Shown: one piece after another, positions 20,233 through 30,630 of the stretch
Layout: every line of letters begins with the position of its first letter
How positions within the stretch are numbered: the first letter of the stretch is position 1
Assembly (NCBI GenBank): GCA_039818205.1
Contig: JBCBUK010000005.1
Span: forward strand, 232,065-296,064
DNA from: Verrucomicrobiota bacterium
GTDB taxonomy: Bacteria > Verrucomicrobiota > Verrucomicrobiia > Opitutales > Cerasicoccaceae
Direction: 5' to 3'
DNA length: 64,000 nt
Program-made: the position numbers and the translations under genes
The notes under the pieces: generated by a model
Told to the model about the DNA's origin: nothing
Databases searched by the model: none
Seen by the model: only the letters and a program-made list of their open reading frames with translations

Positions 20233-22566
20233 CTATTGAGTCGAAATGATCAAATAGCGAACCTCTTCAGGCACGTGATTCACTTCCGCGTCGAACGAGG
20301 CTTCCTCTTCAACCTTTAACTCAACCGAAGTATTCGACACGAGTTGCGAACGCAACGCGCTAGTATCTCCGCCGGCAAAGGATGTAATCTGAGCGAACAC
20401 TGCGGGCCCGCTGATGCTACGACCAAAGTTGAGCACGCTCCACTCATGGGTAACCGAGGTGCCCATATTGCCGACGAGAATGTCCGTGCCGTTCTCGGTT
20501 CCAAAACCAATACCCGCTGCGAGGTATGCGACGGTTTCCGCACCGTGGGTTTGGACTGCTGCACCTTGCTCCTTCTGGAGGCGAACGTCAAAGCTTCCCG
20601 CAGTAATATTGCGCATGCGAACGCTCGCGCTACTTGGGTCGTTGTTGGTTACCACTTGGGTCAACACCGTTTGCCCACCAAAGTAGTTGGGGGATTCAAA
20701 GCTCACCGTTTGCCAGGCATCGGTCACGCTCGCTATGAAGCCAGCCTCAATACCACGACCACCAATCACGTGGCGACCCGCCTCAATTGCGATAAATGGG
20801 ATGTCTTCGTTAGCCCAGTGATCACCATCAAGATAGTCCCACTCGTCGACGGTGAATTCAAACCCACTTGGCGTGATGTTTCGCACGCGCACAGTGCTCG
20901 GGTCAGCTCCATTGAAGCTTGGTGGACCCATGATGATAACCGGGTTGGTGAAGCTTCCCTGCAAGCTTACCGATTTCCAACCGTTTGGCTGTGTCCACTT
21001 TTCAATACCCACCTCAATCACTGATGGTTGGCTCGTCCCTGGGTTGTTGATCGGAGAGGTGCGGTTCGGGCTGTTGCGTAAGGCCAGGTAGCGGTCCCGC
21101 ATGGTTTGGACCCGTGTGGCTTGCGTCGGATCATTAACCAAGTTGCCACTCTCATTCTCACCCGGATTGCTTTGGAGGTTGTAGAGCGCAATTGGTGTGA
21201 ACACGTTTGCTGCAAAATTAGAGTCGAGCACCAGCTTCCAGTCGCCCTGACGGAACATGACGTCCTGGGCACTACCGCTTTGGAGAATCAATTCCGAGCG
21301 TGGCTGATAAGTGGAATCGCCCTTCAACAGTTTGGAGAAATCGTGTGAGTCCTTTGCTTCGCCGGACGTCACTTGAACACCAGCAATCGAAGCAATCGTT
21401 GCGACGAAGTCCGTGCCGTTAATCATGTGATCTGAACGCGAATTGGGCGCAACGACACCAGGCCAGGTCACAATCAATGGAACGAGGTGGCCACCTTCGT
21501 GATAGCTATTCTTGTGCCCGCGAACCAATCCACCGTTTGAGTTGTGGCCAGCGTTTTGCGCCTGCCAATCGAAGAGGCCTCCATTGTCCGAGGTAAAGAT
21601 GATGACCGTATTATTATATTCGCCGGTGCTCTTGAGCGCATCAACAATTTTGGATACTTCCCAATCAAGGACGCGGTTCATGTCCAAGTGATAAGTTGGC
21701 GTCGTTCCGCGAATGGGTTCTCCATCTAGGGAAACTTCAGGAGCGTGTGGGATGTGAACGGCTGGCGACCAGTAGCAGAGGAAGAAAGGCTCGCTACGAC
21801 TCGATGCATCTTGGATGAACGAAACTGCGTTGCTAGCGAGCTTTTGATTGAGCGTGTATGCGCTCCACAAGGAATCACCCGGCCCCGGGCCCTTATCCGA
21901 AACAAACAGTGGATCCAGTGCGGTATTTTCATCCAAGTGAATGATCTGGGATGCCGGGCCAAACTTGTCCCAGGAGTCGTTGAGGTAAGCCAAGTATACT
22001 GGGCCTTGGACGCCCGTAGGTACGGTAAAGTTCCAATCGAAACCATAGCTAGAAGGACCACCCGAAACCCAGGTGTTCAAGTCAACTTCCGCAGCGGTCG
22101 CATCTTCATCGCGGCCTCGATAGAATTGCGTTGAACCATTGCGGCGGAAATCGCCACCCAAGTGCCACTTACCCACAAATCCAGTATAGTATCCTGCGCG
22201 TTTTGTGATCCGCGCCAAAGTCGTGTCACTCGCAGTAATGGCATTCTGACCATATGCGTTCCAAACGCCCCAAGGAGCCGAACTGCGGTAGTTGTAGTTC
22301 CCCGACATCACCGCGTAGCGGCTTGGCGCACAAAGCGAAGTAGGCGAATGCGCGTCGTCAAACCACATGCCTTCGTTCGCCAAGGTGTCCAAAGTTGGCG
22401 TAGGAGCCAATGCAGGCTGACCCGTTCGTTCGGTATGCTGGCGCCCGATATCACCCGGCCCGACATCGTCGGCCATGATAAGAACAATATTGGGTTTTGC
22501 TTGTGCCACTGATACCGCCAGACACGCGACTAACCCGATGAAAGAAACAACACGTTTTGTGTTCAT
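20233..22566 (-). CDS. Exported Cys-type (S1) sulfatase with three C-terminal lectin-like repeats
   Basis: Signal peptide; PNIVLIMADD, CAPSR, GKWHLG, FTSDNG; about 260 C-terminal aa made of three repeats. Confidence 0.92.
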   Translation of the reverse strand: MNTKRVVSFIGLVACLAVSVAQAKPNIVLIMADDVGPGDIGRQHTERTGQPALAPTPTLDTLANEGMWFDDAHSPTSLCAPSRYAVMSGNYNYRSSAPWGVWNAYGQNAITASDTTLARITKRAGYYTGFVGKWHLGGDFRRNGSTQFYRGRDEDATAAEVDLNTWVSGGPSSYGFDWNFTVPTGVQGPVYLAYLNDSWDKFGPASQIIHLDENTALDPLFVSDKGPGPGDSLWSAYTLNQKLASNAVSFIQDASSRSEPFFLCYWSPAVHIPHAPEVSLDGEPIRGTTPTYHLDMNRVLDWEVSKIVDALKSTGEYNNTVIIFTSDNGGLFDWQAQNAGHNSNGGLVRGHKNSYHEGGHLVPLIVTWPGVVAPNSRSDHMINGTDFVATIASIAGVQVTSGEAKDSHDFSKLLKGDSTYQPRSELILQSGSAQDVMFRQGDWKLVLDSNFAANVFTPIALYNLQSNPGENESGNLVNDPTQATRVQTMRDRYLALRNSPNRTSPINNPGTSQPSVIEVGIEKWTQPNGWKSVSLQGSFTNPVIIMGPPSFNGADPSTVRVRNITPSGFEFTVDEWDYLDGDHWANEDIPFIAIEAGRHVIGGRGIEAGFIASVTDAWQTVSFESPNYFGGQTVLTQVVTNNDPSSASVRMRNITAGSFDVRLQKEQGAAVQTHGAETVAYLAAGIGFGTENGTDILVGNMGTSVTHEWSVLNFGRSISGPAVFAQITSFAGGDTSALRSQLVSNTSVELKVEEEASFDAEVNHVPEEVRYLIISTQ

Positions 22567-23079
22567 CGATTGAATGAGTTTAAAGCTAGATTTTGATAAC
22601 TATATAGAGGGATTGAGAAACCAATGCTGGTTTGCTCGTGCATAGAAAAAGCACATCGCACCCCCATCGCGCAAGCATGTAAGTTTTGGGTCTTTACCTA
22701 GGGCATTAAGTCCTTTATTTTGAATTTTTGATCAAATTTTAGGGAATAAACCCTCATGCATATACCGCCAAAAAGCACTAAAATCGCGCAAACATACAAA
22801 GCTAAGGTTAGCTATTTGCATAACTTTACACGTGCAATTAATGAATCCTTCGACTTTTGACAATCGGCTTGGGCTGCGCCAGATATCGATCGCTCAAGAA
22901 TATGGTCAGCAGTCTAGCCACGAGCCAGATCATGCTGCTTCACTCCACAACAAAACGGACGATTTCAATCTGCTTACGAAGCTATCGCCAAGCGATAAGA
23001 CGCAGGCAAATGCCAACGCTCAGCTTAACGCCGGACTATTCCAGATTCAGAAGCCAGTGCGAGAAGCGTGATCTTCCAT

Positions 23080-23568
23080 CTACTGAGTAAGCTCCTCTTT
23101 GACGCCACCGCAACGTAGCATCATGGAACCATAATAGGGGTTGGCAACTGTCTCATCGGCTTGTATCCAACTCCCACCTTTTCCACCAAAAGCCATTGGG
23201 CAATGAACCAGATAAAGACTTTCACCATCAGGAAGCGCTTTGCTTTTGACCATCGCAATCATGCCTTCTGACAGAGGCAAAAAGGCAGCTCGCGCCGCCT
23301 TAATATCGGTCGATTCGGCAATCGTTGTCGCCGAGGCTTTCATTTGCGCGATCGATGCACTGCCAACCGGAGCACCATTGGCCAGCTGGACGAATGCCTT
23401 GGCACCTTTCTGAGCCTTTCCTAGGTCATCCTCAGCCAAACCCGACTGCATCTGCAAATAGGGTTGAACAAGAGCTGCCGCAAACTCGGCATTGCCGGAC
23501 TCTGCGTGAAGGCCAAGGGCCGATGAGAATAAGAATATAAAAGTGAAGAGAGCGATGCGCATAATCAT
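23080..23568 (-). CDS. DUF3347-like periplasmic metal-binding protein
   Basis: Signal peptide; HCPMAFGGKGGSW...NPYYGSMMLRCG; overlaps the cusA stop. Confidence 0.8.
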   Translation of the reverse strand: MIMRIALFTFIFLFSSALGLHAESGNAEFAAALVQPYLQMQSGLAEDDLGKAQKGAKAFVQLANGAPVGSASIAQMKASATTIAESTDIKAARAAFLPLSEGMIAMVKSKALPDGESLYLVHCPMAFGGKGGSWIQADETVANPYYGSMMLRCGGVKEELTQ

Positions 23569-26500
23569 GTCGAACCTTGGTGATGTTTAAAACGTAACAT
23601 TATCTCTGCCAATCCGCAATAGAGTACTGGCACGACGAAAATCGATATCGTAGCTAGCACCATGCCACCGAACGATGGTATTGCCATCGGAACCATGATG
23701 TCTGAGCCGCGCCCAACCGACGTCAACACCGGGAGTAAGGCCAAGATCGTAGTCGCGCTGGTCATAATGGCTGGGCGAACGCGTCGCGCACCCGCCTCAA
23801 TGGTTGCCTGACGAATCGCCTCGATCGAATCTGGCTTCCGGTTCTTGAAGGTCTGCTGTAAGTAGGTGCAGACGATCACCCCGTCGTCGGTAGCGATACC
23901 AAACAACGCCAGGAAGCCCACCCAAACAGCAACGCTCAGGTTAATGGTCCCCATTTGAAATAGTGCCCGCAAATTATGTCCAAACAGATCGAAGTCCAAG
24001 AACCACGGTTGGCCATACAACCAGATAAGGATGAAGCCACCGGACCAGGCGAACGCGATACCGGTGAATACCATAAAAGTCTCGGGGATCCGTTTGAACT
24101 GTAGATACAACATCAGCCAGATTATGACCAAGGCAATGGGTAGCATCATGGCGAGCTTCTTGGCCGCTCGCACCTGGTTCTCATAATTGCCCGTGAAGAC
24201 GTAGCTAACACCGGCAGGAATCTCGAAATCTCCCGACGCCTTTTTCGCATCGAGGAAACGCTGCGCTTGCTCGACGACTTCCACTTCAGAAAACCCGGGA
24301 CGCTTATCAAAGATAACGTATCCAACCAGAAAGGTGTCTTCACTTTTGATTACTTGCGGTCCACGCACATAGTTAATTGAAGCAAGTTCACGTAGGGGCA
24401 CTTGAGTTCCGTCAGGCCCGGCAACTAAGATTTCTTTGATTGCTTCAATGGTGTCCCGCAGTTCACGCAAATATCGAACCCGAACCGAGTACCGCTCACG
24501 CCCTTCAACCGTTTGAGTGATCGGCCTACCGCCAACGGCCACCTCGATCACATCCTGTACCATCTGAATTTTGACGCCATAGCGAGCGATCGCATCGCGA
24601 TCGATTTCGATCTCGAGATAAGGCTTCCCCACAATGCGATCGGCGAGCACTGCCTCGGCCTTTACCGACGGCACCTCCTTCAAGAAACCTTCGATCTCCA
24701 GGGCAACCTTCTCAATCGTTTCGAGATCAGGGCCGTAGACTTTCAATCCCATCGGTGCCCGCATTCCACTTTGAAGCATTACGAGCCGAGCCGCGATCGG
24801 TTGCAACTTGGGGGCCGAAGTCGTACCTGGAATCGTGGCCGCGGTTACGATCTCATCCCAAATATCATCCGGACTGTTGATCTCATCACGCCATTGGCGA
24901 AACGGTCGCCCACGGTCATCCGGAACTAGCTCGCCAGAGTCATCGCGGACAAACTCATTGCGATCCGCATCGTAGCGAAATGTGAGCACTCTTCCATTCT
25001 CGTCCGTCTTAAATTCTGACTTATAACTAATGATCGTCTCGATCATCGAAATCGGCGCTGGATCAAGCGGACTGTCCACGCGGCCCAACTTACCCACTGC
25101 AAGTTCAACTTCAGGAATCGCGTTGATGGCCATATCCTGCTTGCGCAACACGTCCATGACCTCGCCAATCGATGCATGCGGCATCGTCGTTGGCATCAAC
25201 AGGAAAGACCCTTCGTCCAGATCCGGCATAAACTCTTTGCCCAACCCTGGCACCTGGTGCGCCATAAATACAAAGGGACTCGATTTCTTGATTGGCTCGG
25301 GCAACCAGCCGAAGACTTTGCCCCAACCTAGCCAAATCGAAAAACCAAAAACGACGACAAGCGCGCTAACCCCCAGGAACACGGTTTTGTATCGCAGGAT
25401 TGCCCCAAGTATCGCCGTGTAGAAGTGTAGAAAAAGATGAAAGAAACTGAGCAATCCACCAACTGCCAGGAGCACAAATAGAACATTGTGAAAGCGCTCG
25501 TCTGGTCCAAGCGGCTGCCAATCCGCCGCCAATAGAATTGAAACGTAGATCGCGACTAGAAAATTGAAGGCTATGAGAAGAGCACGCTCAATCCTACCAG
25601 GAATTTTCTCTCGGAACCAATGGAACGCGGCTGCTCCAACTAGCAGGAGCCCAAGAGCCCATGGAAACCAGGCCAAGAACGCTGGCCCAAGGATACCGAC
25701 CGCAGCCACGATCGCCCACAAGCTACGCTTCGCCCAACCCGATCGGTAGCAGCCCGCGATAAACCAGTGGGCCAACGGTGGAATGATCGTCAGCGCGACC
25801 ACAATTGAGCCAATCAAGGCGAAGGTCTTTGTGTAAGCCAAGGGTCGGAAAAGCTTCCCTTCGGCTGCCTCCATCGAAAAGACCGGCAAGAAACTAATCA
25901 CCGTCGTGAGTACGGCGGTCAACACGGCACCCGCAACTTCCGAACAAGCACGGTAAACCACATTCAGACGGTTCTCGTCCGGGGAAGCACTTTCCAGATG
26001 TCTCAGGATATTCTCAATCAACACGACGCCCATGTCGACGATGGTGCCGATAGCGATGGCGATACCAGACAACGCAACCACATTGGCATCAACGCCGAAT
26101 AGGCTCATACCAATGAAAGCAAACAGTACGGCCAACGGAAGTACCCCTGAAATCAACGAGGCGCTACGCAAGTGCAGCACCATCACCACAACAACGATAA
26201 TGGTTACCAAGATTTGTTGGCGCACGGCGTCCTCCAGGGTCCCCAGGGTCTCGTAGATCAAGCCCGTTCGATCATAGAAAGGAACAATTGCCACTTGGCT
26301 AACCGTCCCATCAGCCAGCGTTTTTTTAGGAAGCCCGGGAGAAATCTCATCGATCTTCTCCTTTACGCGTTTGATGACGGACAAGGGATTCACGCCATAG
26401 CGGGTAACCACAACGCCACCGACGGCTTCAGCACCTGCCTTATCTAATGCTCCACGGCGGAGCGCCGGCCCATAGCCAATCGTCGCGACCTGCTCCAAAG

Positions 26501-27347
26501 TAATTGGAACATTGTTCCGCTGTGTAATAACCGTTTTTCGCAGGTCATCAAGATCCTCAATAAAGCCAAGACCACGAATGACGTACTCGACACGATTGAT
26601 CTCAATGGTACGGGCCCCGACATCAAGGTTGCTCCCGCGAACGGCATCAAAAACCTCGTGCAAAGGAATGTCGTAAACCCGGAGTGCATCCGGGTCCACA
26701 TCCACTTGATACTCTTTGACGAAGCCACCCACGGACGCCACCTCGGCAACGCCGTCAACTCCCTGCAAAGCATAGCGCACATACCAATCCTGAACACTTC
26801 GCAACTCCTCTAAATCCCAGCCACCAGTTGGCTCTCCATCGGCATCCATTCCTTCCAGTGTATACCAGAACACCTGGCCCAGGGCGGTGGCATCGGGGCC
26901 GAGCTGAGGCGAAACACCTTGAGGCAGTGTTCCAGCCGGCAAACTATTGAGCTTCTCCAGAATCCGACTACGCGTCCAATAGAACTCAACGTCTTCCTTA
27001 AATATGATGTAGATCGAAGAGAACCCGAACATCGAGTAGCTGCGGATAGTCTTAACCTCCGGCAACCCAAGGAGTGCGGTTGTTAGCGGGTAAGTAATCT
27101 GATCTTCAATGTCCTGCGGCGACCGCCCCATCCATTCGGTAAAAACAATCTGCTGATTCTCACCAATATCGGGAATCGCATCGACCGGGATAGGGTCCCG
27201 CTGCAAATAGCCCACCTCCCAGTCAAACGGTGCCACCGCAACTCCCCAAAGAATCACCCCCAAGGCAAAAATCAGCACGACCAGCTTGTTCTGAAGACAA
27301 AACAAGAGGACCCAATCGACCGGACCTTTGGGCTTATCAATTGGCAT
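23565..27347 (-). CDS. cusA: CusA/CzcA heavy-metal RND permease (Cu/Ag type)
   Basis: VDAIPDIGENQQIVFTEWMGRSPQDIEDQITYPL, LGPDATALGQVFWY, EFMPDLDEG, PMAIPSFGG; likely start ATG 27347. Confidence 0.92.
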   Translation of the reverse strand: MPIDKPKGPVDWVLLFCLQNKLVVLIFALGVILWGVAVAPFDWEVGYLQRDPIPVDAIPDIGENQQIVFTEWMGRSPQDIEDQITYPLTTALLGLPEVKTIRSYSMFGFSSIYIIFKEDVEFYWTRSRILEKLNSLPAGTLPQGVSPQLGPDATALGQVFWYTLEGMDADGEPTGGWDLEELRSVQDWYVRYALQGVDGVAEVASVGGFVKEYQVDVDPDALRVYDIPLHEVFDAVRGSNLDVGARTIEINRVEYVIRGLGFIEDLDDLRKTVITQRNNVPITLEQVATIGYGPALRRGALDKAGAEAVGGVVVTRYGVNPLSVIKRVKEKIDEISPGLPKKTLADGTVSQVAIVPFYDRTGLIYETLGTLEDAVRQQILVTIIVVVVMVLHLRSASLISGVLPLAVLFAFIGMSLFGVDANVVALSGIAIAIGTIVDMGVVLIENILRHLESASPDENRLNVVYRACSEVAGAVLTAVLTTVISFLPVFSMEAAEGKLFRPLAYTKTFALIGSIVVALTIIPPLAHWFIAGCYRSGWAKRSLWAIVAAVGILGPAFLAWFPWALGLLLVGAAAFHWFREKIPGRIERALLIAFNFLVAIYVSILLAADWQPLGPDERFHNVLFVLLAVGGLLSFFHLFLHFYTAILGAILRYKTVFLGVSALVVVFGFSIWLGWGKVFGWLPEPIKKSSPFVFMAHQVPGLGKEFMPDLDEGSFLLMPTTMPHASIGEVMDVLRKQDMAINAIPEVELAVGKLGRVDSPLDPAPISMIETIISYKSEFKTDENGRVLTFRYDADRNEFVRDDSGELVPDDRGRPFRQWRDEINSPDDIWDEIVTAATIPGTTSAPKLQPIAARLVMLQSGMRAPMGLKVYGPDLETIEKVALEIEGFLKEVPSVKAEAVLADRIVGKPYLEIEIDRDAIARYGVKIQMVQDVIEVAVGGRPITQTVEGRERYSVRVRYLRELRDTIEAIKEILVAGPDGTQVPLRELASINYVRGPQVIKSEDTFLVGYVIFDKRPGFSEVEVVEQAQRFLDAKKASGDFEIPAGVSYVFTGNYENQVRAAKKLAMMLPIALVIIWLMLYLQFKRIPETFMVFTGIAFAWSGGFILIWLYGQPWFLDFDLFGHNLRALFQMGTINLSVAVWVGFLALFGIATDDGVIVCTYLQQTFKNRKPDSIEAIRQATIEAGARRVRPAIMTSATTILALLPVLTSVGRGSDIMVPMAIPSFGGMVLATISIFVVPVLYCGLAEIMLRFKHHQGST

Positions 27348-29220
27348 CTTTTGCGTCACCACCAATCGTTTCTTTGACCTCGCCGCACTTCAACATCATC
27401 GCCCCGAAGTAGGGATTCTTGAGTGGCTCAGACGCCTGCAACCAATCAGCCCCGGTATCGCCATAAACCATTGGGCAGTGCATAATGAGTAGTTCACCAG
27501 ACGATGCGGTAGGATCAGCTTTTATTGCGTTGATCATGGCTGCTGAAAGCTGATCAAAGCCCGGCTTGCGGATTGCCTCCAAGGAGTCGGCTGCCATCAT
27601 CTCGCGAATCAGCTCAGGAAGCGGACCTAAATGTCCTGTCGTTACGGCCATCGATATCAAAGCCTTCTTCGCTCCGTTCAAATCATCATTCGCGAGCATC
27701 GCCTGAAGCTTCAAATAGTCCGGGAGAAGCTTCTTTGCCATCGTTCCGGGTATGGTCAGCTGCGGTTCTCTGTCCCCCATATCCATGGGCATGTCCGCAT
27801 GATCATGACCGCGTGGCGATCCACCACCTTCCGGATTCATCATGCTGGGTTTGGCTTGAATCTGCAGCGCGCTATCGATCTTGAACGCACCGTTACTCAC
27901 CACAAATTCACCGGCCTCAAGCCCCTCCATAACCACAAACTGATCGCCAGCACGGGGTCCCAAGGTGATCTCACGCCCTTCATAGGTCGGATTCTCAGCG
28001 GTGAGATCCTGCACGTAAACCACCGAACGTTTACCCGTACGCAATACCGATGAAGCAGGAACCACCAAGGGCGGCTCGTCCGAAATTTCCTGCACGTATC
28101 CCAGCTCTTCCGCGGGGACGAGCGCCATTCCGCAAACATCACAGTCGCCTGGTCCATCTTTGATAATTTCAGGATGCATCGGGCTGATCCACTTACCTGC
28201 CAATTCCGGGGCGACGACTTGACCGCCATCGGCCATTTTTGCGGACACGATTCCCCGGGCAAACATGCCAGGCTTCAACCGGCCATCTTCATTCGGAACA
28301 TTGACGCGCACCTGAGTCGTTCGCGTCTGCCGATTGACCTCCGGATTAATAAACGCTATCCGCCCTTCAAAAGCTTCGCCTGGAAAAGCCTGAACCGTAA
28401 AGCTCACATTCTGCCCGTAGCGCAGCCAGGTCAGGTCCGATTCATAGGCATCCAGATACAGCCAGAGCACACTTAAATCCACGATCTTGAAAAGCGTCTC
28501 ACCCGTTTGAATGTAGTCCCCTTCCTTGACCTTCTTATAAACCACAACCCCGCCGATCGGCGCCCGCAATACAAACTCACTCGTTGCCTCGCCACTCTCA
28601 ACGATGGCATCGATCTGGTCGGGTAATAGATCCCAAAGGCGCAATTTCTCCTTCGCCGCTTGAGTGATGGAACTCGCGGGGTCCCGCCGATAGGCCGTTA
28701 GCAATTCGCGCTGGGCCGTTAGAAGATCTGGGCTGTAAATTTTGGCTAGGTGCTCCCCCTTTTTCACGCGAACTCCAGTGAAGTTTACGAACAGCTGATC
28801 AATGCGAGCCGGGAAACGCGCCGTTAGCGCCTTCTCTCGGGTTTCATCGTATTCGAGCTCCCCGACCAGGCGAACCGCGACTTCGGGAAAACGACGAATG
28901 ACCTCCGTGGTCTCGATTTCTGCAAGGGCCCGCGAACTTTCGCTCATGCTCATCGCTCGCGGGTTATCACTCACATGATCGTCTTGTGTCAGGGGAATGA
29001 GATCCATACCGCAGATGGGGCAATCACCCGGCTCCGTCTGACGGATCTGCGGATGCATTGAACAGGTCCAAATCGTTTCATCAGCAAAACTATCAACACT
29101 CTCGGCGGCCACCGATCCATCGGCATCGCTAGCATTCGATCCCGCCGGCATTAGGTAACGGCCCGCCATCAAGCCAAGGAGGACAGCAACTGCAGCGATG
29201 ATGATTGCTTTCTTATTCAT
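27337..29220 (-). CDS. cusB: CusB-like membrane-fusion protein with two heavy-metal-binding motifs and a C-terminal DUF3347-like domain
   Basis: WTCSMHPQI...CPICGMDL, WISPMHPEI...CDVCGMAL, RLKPGMF, HCPMVYG...NPYFGAMMLKCG; likely start ATG 29220 (MNKKAIII). Confidence 0.88.
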   Translation of the reverse strand: MNKKAIIIAAVAVLLGLMAGRYLMPAGSNASDADGSVAAESVDSFADETIWTCSMHPQIRQTEPGDCPICGMDLIPLTQDDHVSDNPRAMSMSESSRALAEIETTEVIRRFPEVAVRLVGELEYDETREKALTARFPARIDQLFVNFTGVRVKKGEHLAKIYSPDLLTAQRELLTAYRRDPASSITQAAKEKLRLWDLLPDQIDAIVESGEATSEFVLRAPIGGVVVYKKVKEGDYIQTGETLFKIVDLSVLWLYLDAYESDLTWLRYGQNVSFTVQAFPGEAFEGRIAFINPEVNRQTRTTQVRVNVPNEDGRLKPGMFARGIVSAKMADGGQVVAPELAGKWISPMHPEIIKDGPGDCDVCGMALVPAEELGYVQEISDEPPLVVPASSVLRTGKRSVVYVQDLTAENPTYEGREITLGPRAGDQFVVMEGLEAGEFVVSNGAFKIDSALQIQAKPSMMNPEGGGSPRGHDHADMPMDMGDREPQLTIPGTMAKKLLPDYLKLQAMLANDDLNGAKKALISMAVTTGHLGPLPELIREMMAADSLEAIRKPGFDQLSAAMINAIKADPTASSGELLIMHCPMVYGDTGADWLQASEPLKNPYFGAMMLKCGEVKETIGGDAKDAN

Positions 29221-30535
29221 GGTCTTGTGTGGCGTGAAAGGTTCCCAGAATCGGTTGGTTAGCAAGCGTCTGGATAATGACGCGCTGTTGCCAGGCATCG
29301 GTGGCGGCTCGCCAATAAAGCAGCTGCAGTTCCAAAAGGGAGCGTTCGCTATCGATCACCTCAAGAATTCCTGTGCGTCCATTCTCATAGCTGTAGCGGC
29401 TATTCTCAGCAGCCTGTTCGGCGAGCCCCAGCAACTCATCACCGTACAAGGCAAGTCGACGATTAGCATCATTCAATCGCGCGACCGACGCACTTAGCTC
29501 AGCCCGCAAGCGATTGGAGCGATTGTCATATTCATTTTCATTCGCCCGTTGACTGGCCAATGCTTCTGCTCGGGCCGCATCGTATTTCTTAAACCAAATC
29601 GGAATCGTGAGCGCAACGGTGAAGCCCCATGGATCTTCACCTGCATCGGGCGTGTTGGGGCTCACCTCTGGTTCGCCCGTTTGAATGTAGTTAAACCCGA
29701 GGGTGATATCCGGAAAACTTTCCAACCGGGCGATCTCGCGACGCGCTTCAGCACTTGCTACTTGTCGCTCTAACATCAGCAGCTCTGGATTGTTGGTTTC
29801 AATCGCGACTATTAGCGATGGCCCATCTACCTGGATGACTTCGGGACGATCCCAATCTGGCCACGGAAGCGTTGATTGAGCCGCCGTTGCCAACAGCTCA
29901 TTGAGTTTCGCCGACTGGGCGATTCGCTTCTGCTTAAGTGATTCCAATTGGTCTCCAATCTTCCCAACCTCAACCTTGAGACGAAGCAACGCATTCAGGT
30001 CTCCTCCTGCTTTGACCTTTTCTTCCACGACGGGTTCCAACTGCTGAAGCAGGTCCAAATTTTCTTCGGTTAACTCAATCGCATGCCCGGTGAACCCATA
30101 CTCATAGAAATTCAAGGCAACTGAACGAGCCACCATGAGTTGCTGGCTTTGAAACGCATACCAGAGTGCCTCCGCTTCGGCCGAGGCAGCATTCTCCCGG
30201 CTTCCAAGTTTGCCAAACCAAGGAATGGTTTGGCTGAGCATAAACACATTCTCTTGTGGTCCGGTTCGAGTCTGCACGGACTCAACAAAATGGGTGATCT
30301 GAAATCGTGGCTCAGGCAAGGCCGACGCCTGCGGTATCCGTTGCATCGCAGCTTCGTACCGCGCCTCAAATGCCTTAAGTTGAGGATTCGCGGCTTGAGC
30401 TTGCTCTAGGTAGCTTTGCAGATCCGTTGGGCCAGCGTCACTGGATTGAGCATGGGAGGCACAACTCAGCCCAAGGATAAGCGTGAGCGCCAGCGAACAC
30501 TTGAGTCTTTTCTGAGCGTAACTGCGAAGAACCAT
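29213..30535 (-). CDS. TolC/CusC-family outer membrane efflux protein
   Basis: Signal peptide; AANPQL...ALPEP, LSQTIPWFG, YENG...ILEVIDSER; first gene of the cusBA cluster. Confidence 0.88.
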   Translation of the reverse strand: MVLRSYAQKRLKCSLALTLILGLSCASHAQSSDAGPTDLQSYLEQAQAANPQLKAFEARYEAAMQRIPQASALPEPRFQITHFVESVQTRTGPQENVFMLSQTIPWFGKLGSRENAASAEAEALWYAFQSQQLMVARSVALNFYEYGFTGHAIELTEENLDLLQQLEPVVEEKVKAGGDLNALLRLKVEVGKIGDQLESLKQKRIAQSAKLNELLATAAQSTLPWPDWDRPEVIQVDGPSLIVAIETNNPELLMLERQVASAEARREIARLESFPDITLGFNYIQTGEPEVSPNTPDAGEDPWGFTVALTIPIWFKKYDAARAEALASQRANENEYDNRSNRLRAELSASVARLNDANRRLALYGDELLGLAEQAAENSRYSYENGRTGILEVIDSERSLLELQLLYWRAATDAWQQRVIIQTLANQPILGTFHATQDHE

Positions 30536-30630
30536 AACTTGCGTCGTTGTGTCCTAGGACACTCGATAATACCCGTAAACTCAATCCATAGTTTTCGGAT
30601 AATCGTCGAAGCGATTGGAGCCCGCTATGG

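Noticed and set aside
22832..23090. 79-aa and 77-aa + strand ORFs
   Set aside because: No recognisable motif or clear RBS; cannot be supported, though a small protein is not excluded.
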